From Oculina patagonica (lineage: Eukaryota), in contig NC_135768.1 of assembly GCF_052425735.1 (NCBI RefSeq), forward strand, positions 18,228,001 through 18,292,000: a DNA stretch of 64,000 nt, in the 5' to 3' direction. Under the pieces are notes generated by a model. That model saw only the letters and a list, made by a program, of their open reading frames with translations. It did not search any database and was not told the DNA's origin. Made by a program: the position numbers and the translations under genes. The number at the start of each line of letters is the position of its first letter. Position 1 is the first letter of the stretch. Positions 60,249-64,000 of this stretch are shown in pieces.

Positions 60249-61453
60249 TAAATAAATAGAAATATTTTATAAATACTACTGTCTCCATTTGATTGTTTCT
60301 TCAAAATATTTGTTACAAATATTTACTTGTAAAGCTCAAGGCGAGCTTCCATCAAATTTGCAAATGCTGTTCTGAACATGACAATGAGCAATCAACAGCA
60401 AATAATTTTAATTTATTCATTTGAAGTGTCACGAATTATATCATGCGCCGAACAATTGTGCAAATGCTGATGTTAACTCTGTTCTTCGACAACGATTCGC
60501 TGATGGTCTAGTGGTTGAGGTTAAGTCCCGGTAAGAAGCTCTTTCTATCATTTGAAAGCATTTGGTGTAGTGGTTATAAATCCTACGGGATAAAAGGACG
60601 CCTTACTTTGAAAGAATATTATTTTGGCAATCAACAGCAATGCTTGCGGAAGAAATTCGCAAATACGTAAGTGCATAAACTACATCGTTGAGACATTTAA
60701 GTCTTTGCACTGTGGTAGGCTTTGTATAGTAGTAGAGTTTTTGAACACACGAGCATTTTTGGTGAAACGTTTCACCGTTGACGGCATCGCTGTAAACAAG
60801 TTGTTTGTAATTTGTTTACTTATTTGACCGGGCAATTTGAATTCGGTGGCAAACAAGCTTCCCACCACTTCAAAACGAGTCATACGGCATGTAAATAAAC
60901 GGTACTTACACAAGATCGATTTTCTCGAGCAATTGTAGATTCTTGAAAGGCATACGACACAAATATTTTTTTCATTTGGGCTAAATTACAGAATACAGGG
61001 CGACCTATTTTGCATGTCATTAAATACGAAACGCCTCTATTGTGTTATGTCTCGTTCTACAAAGGGGCCCGCCACCTTTAAATGAGGTGGTCCAAAGTGG
61101 CCTTGGTTGTATTGAAAGTGAAATGGGCCTTTTCCACGCGATGTTCCCACAAATCCACCACAACGGTGTATAATATTTATGCATTGACTGATTTTGACAG
61201 GACAAATCTGACAAACAACGGAATTTTGTTCTTGAATATACCGGTCTGGCCAGCCAGTTCTGATGGAAAGCGCCCTTGGTAACACATACAAGTGATATGC
61301 TACGCTGTGAAATCATGCCTCATTTTCATACCGTTGGTGGATGTGTTGATAACGGCTCAGTTAACCAGTTAAAGCATTGATCACATTTTCCCATAGTATA
61401 TACTCAATATTAATAAAAAACATAGAAATGAACAAAAAAAATATAAGATTCTA

Positions 61454-61745
61454 AGCCTGGTTCATACATGCGACGCAAATGCAAGCGACGCTCACACGTA
61501 GAACGCAAACGCAAGGAACGTATAATACGCAGACGCAGTTGAAGATGGCGGACAAGTCACGCTTCGCTTGCTTGCGTTTGCGCTTGCATTTGTGTTAGCA
61601 AAGGAAGTGCAAATACAAGCGCAAGCCAGGTGCAAGAAAACTTGCGCTTCTATTTCTGTTTGCGTTGTGCTAGTTCGCACGTGTTTTTCCTTGTTTTTGC
61701 GCTTGCATTTGCGTTTCTGTTTGCATCGCTCGTGTGCACCACCCC
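61454..61745. mobile_element. Palindromic MITE rich in ACGCAAG/CTTGCGT repeats
   Basis: TGGTTCATACATGCGACGCAAA at the left end mirrors TTTGCATCGCTCGTGTGCACCA at the right end. Confidence 0.6.
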
Positions 61746-62674
61746 ATAATACTGAGGCCTCGAATCTCTCAAGTGCTTGTAATTGAAATGACTGATTAAA
61801 CATTATCTATGGTTATTTCCCATCAGGCAGGAAAATCAAAGTGAATGTAACTTACGAAGATGAAAGAAAGATGATCCAGTCAACGATTTTGGAGTGATTT
61901 CAGTTACAAGGTGAGGGCTTGTCTTGAGCTCGTTTGACGTCATAATTGTCAAAATGGCTACGCGCGGGAATTAGAAAACCCAAAATGGCCGGCACTTGAA
62001 AAATAAGTTGACGACATTTGTTACAATTAAGCAAAATTTTTTCATTAGCAGTGGAAGCTTTCGTTTTAAAATAAAGGCAATTAAGTGCATGAACGGTTGA
62101 TGTATCATCTTCATCATTATCATCATCATTCGTCATTTATTAGCCACTTTAAGATTTGAATATTACAGTAATAATTATGGTAAGGCGAGGAGACCTCCAA
62201 GAAACCAACAGGCTTATAGAGGAGGCCACCTCGGTTGAGCCCCAGATGTTGTGAAGCTTATGCATGGGGTCTCGAAAGAAAATTTTTAAATGTTTCTGGG
62301 TCCGCACAAATTCGTTCGACTTTCTCGCGTCTAATAGGCATGTTGCATCTCATTAAGTAGATTTGGACACAAAGAATACAAGTCGTTGCGTAATTGAAGG
62401 GACAGAACTAGACTAGGTATTACGCTGTGTATTTAGTCGTGGAATAAACTGTGATCTAAAGCAAAGTGTTTTGTGCAACATGGTAATAGCAGTATTTTCA
62501 AAACATTTTATTTACAAAAGCGTAATACAGAGGTTTTGACAAGAAAATAATCAGAATTGCCAAGTACAGTAAGTGTAAAAGTATATGTGACGTTATTGTG
62601 CATAATTTCAAGCGTGATTAGCCCGGGCGCATTACGAAAGGGCGGCTTTTTTGTGGATTTTTGTATGCTTTTTT

Positions 62675-63097
62675 CCCGGGGGGGGGGGTACTCAAAAAAG
62701 TTTTATACGGGGAGGCTCCGCCCCAAGTTCTAACCCCTTACCCTTTTATATACCATTTTTGACAGAAATTGTACCCTCTTCGTATACCTTTAACTGAAAA
62801 AAGGTACCCCTTTCATATACCTAAGAGACATGGCGTGGACTTAAAATACAGCGTTTTCTTGTCATTTTTATGTAGCGCTTAATAAATTAAAATAATACAG
62901 CCATAAATTGCCTCTGTTCGAAATATTTTAATTAAAGGCCCTTTTAAATAGCCAAATGACAGATTTCCATACCCTTTCATATACTTAAACTCGTGAAATC
63001 CCTACCCTTTTATATACCTGAAGCCTGAAAAAGGTACCCCTTTCGGGCGGAGCCTCCCCGTATAGGCCATTATAGGGAGTACCCCCCCCCCCCCGGG
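62675..63097 (-). mobile_element. Second copy of the CCCGGG MITE, 8-bp TSD GCTTTTTT
   Basis: TSD at 62667-62674 and 63098-63105; reverse complement of 41058-41415 with a longer interior. Confidence 0.9.
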
Positions 63098-63437
63098 GCT
63101 TTTTTCCCAAAGTAGAACAAGAAACAATCGTCGGAAACGTAGATTTAGCAAGCAATCATGAATATAAACAATCATTATGACATTATACGGAACTGTTGCG
63201 TATAAACAAGATTTTTTTGCTCCTAAACGGGTATAGGGATTCTCCATTTCCAAAGTTTGACGAAAATCTTACTGTAGGCTCTATTTCAGAGGAATAACCT
63301 TAGTGTGAGTAAACTGATAACTGAGTTAAGATTGAAGTATTCGTAATAAATTTTTGCTATAAAACAAAGCACGATACTGTCGGTGTCATTGCTGTCGAGC
63401 GTCATGCTTGCTAAATAATGACCAGAAATTCTGGTAT

Positions 63438-63793
63438 TTATCTTTCGTCTGATGGCCAGTAATTGTATCCATTCCCCTCCTGTTCTGCCTCTTCTTCATT
63501 CGGGAGCTCTTCGTCTGCACGACTTGCAGGGAATGGCATCGACTCGTCCGCGTCCACCTCGCGTCCAATGTCTTCAATGCGTTGACTTTGTTCGTCTGTG
63601 TCACGTTGTATTTCATCTCCTAAGTTGGCCACCTCTTGACCTTGTTCGCCTATCCGGGAACTCATTTCGTCACCAAAAACCTCGGTTTGATGCGACAAAT
63701 AGTTGACCCCACGCCCACCCGGAAGGACCGCTGGCACTGGTACATAAAAGGGATCGCCCGTTTCGATTTGGTATGGAGCTGGACGTGAATTGA
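63438..63793 (-). CDS. Terminal coding exon of a small acidic, probably secreted protein (5' exon(s) outside window)
   Basis: Acceptor TTATTACAG at 63794. The open frame (x)NSRPAPYQ...YNYWPSDER* is more GC-rich than its flanks and D/E/Q-rich. Confidence 0.7.
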
Positions 63794-64000
63794 CTGTAAT
63801 AAGAAAAACGCATAACACGTTTGTTACAAATTAACAAATTTCTGTCAAATAACCTTCAGTAGTAAATGCTCGAATTATGGACAACATATGCAAAGCATTC
63901 CGATTTATAATTCTGTTCCACTGTAATTTTTAAAACGCAGGTGTAAATTAAATTTATTGAATATAATTTGTTTAAAAGCACTCCTTGTAAGCACTTTATC

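Noticed and set aside
60501-60535. TGGTCTAGTGG A-box-like sequence
   Set aside because: No properly spaced B box or body; too degenerate to call.

Overview
AT-rich eukaryotic (metazoan) genomic DNA. The repeat families and gene types suggest a cnidarian, probably a stony coral (inference). (1) 0.1-43.9 kb: a head-to-tail tandem cluster of 13 intronless class A (rhodopsin-like) GPCR loci on the + strand: 7 intact, 4 full-length disabled copies and 2 fragments. They share LRTPSY...LxxxD...P, (M)SIERWLHM, KKSVxTILYI and NPLLY motifs, which fits birth-and-death evolution of an orphan, possibly chemosensory, family. The spacers contain conserved paralogous promoter motifs and many MITEs/SINEs. They also hold a ~9-kb non-coding, internally repetitive insertion with a structured 3' end, and a complete type I hammerhead ribozyme just downstream of a truncated receptor 5' end. 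(2) 47.4-58.2 kb, minus strand: a gene with 15 coding exons, reconstructed by hand (1071 aa). It encodes a secreted protein with a signal peptide, Gly/Ala/Tyr and Gly/Met/Asn low-complexity blocks, a coiled coil, a run of phase-1 symmetric microexons, a WSC-like Cys domain and a C-terminal RR...FL-G-RR possible amidation motif. (3) 63.4-63.8 kb, minus strand: last exon of a small acidic, probably secreted protein whose 5' part lies outside the window. There is one assembly gap (16366-16499). All calls are from reading the sequence by eye; no database searches were run.
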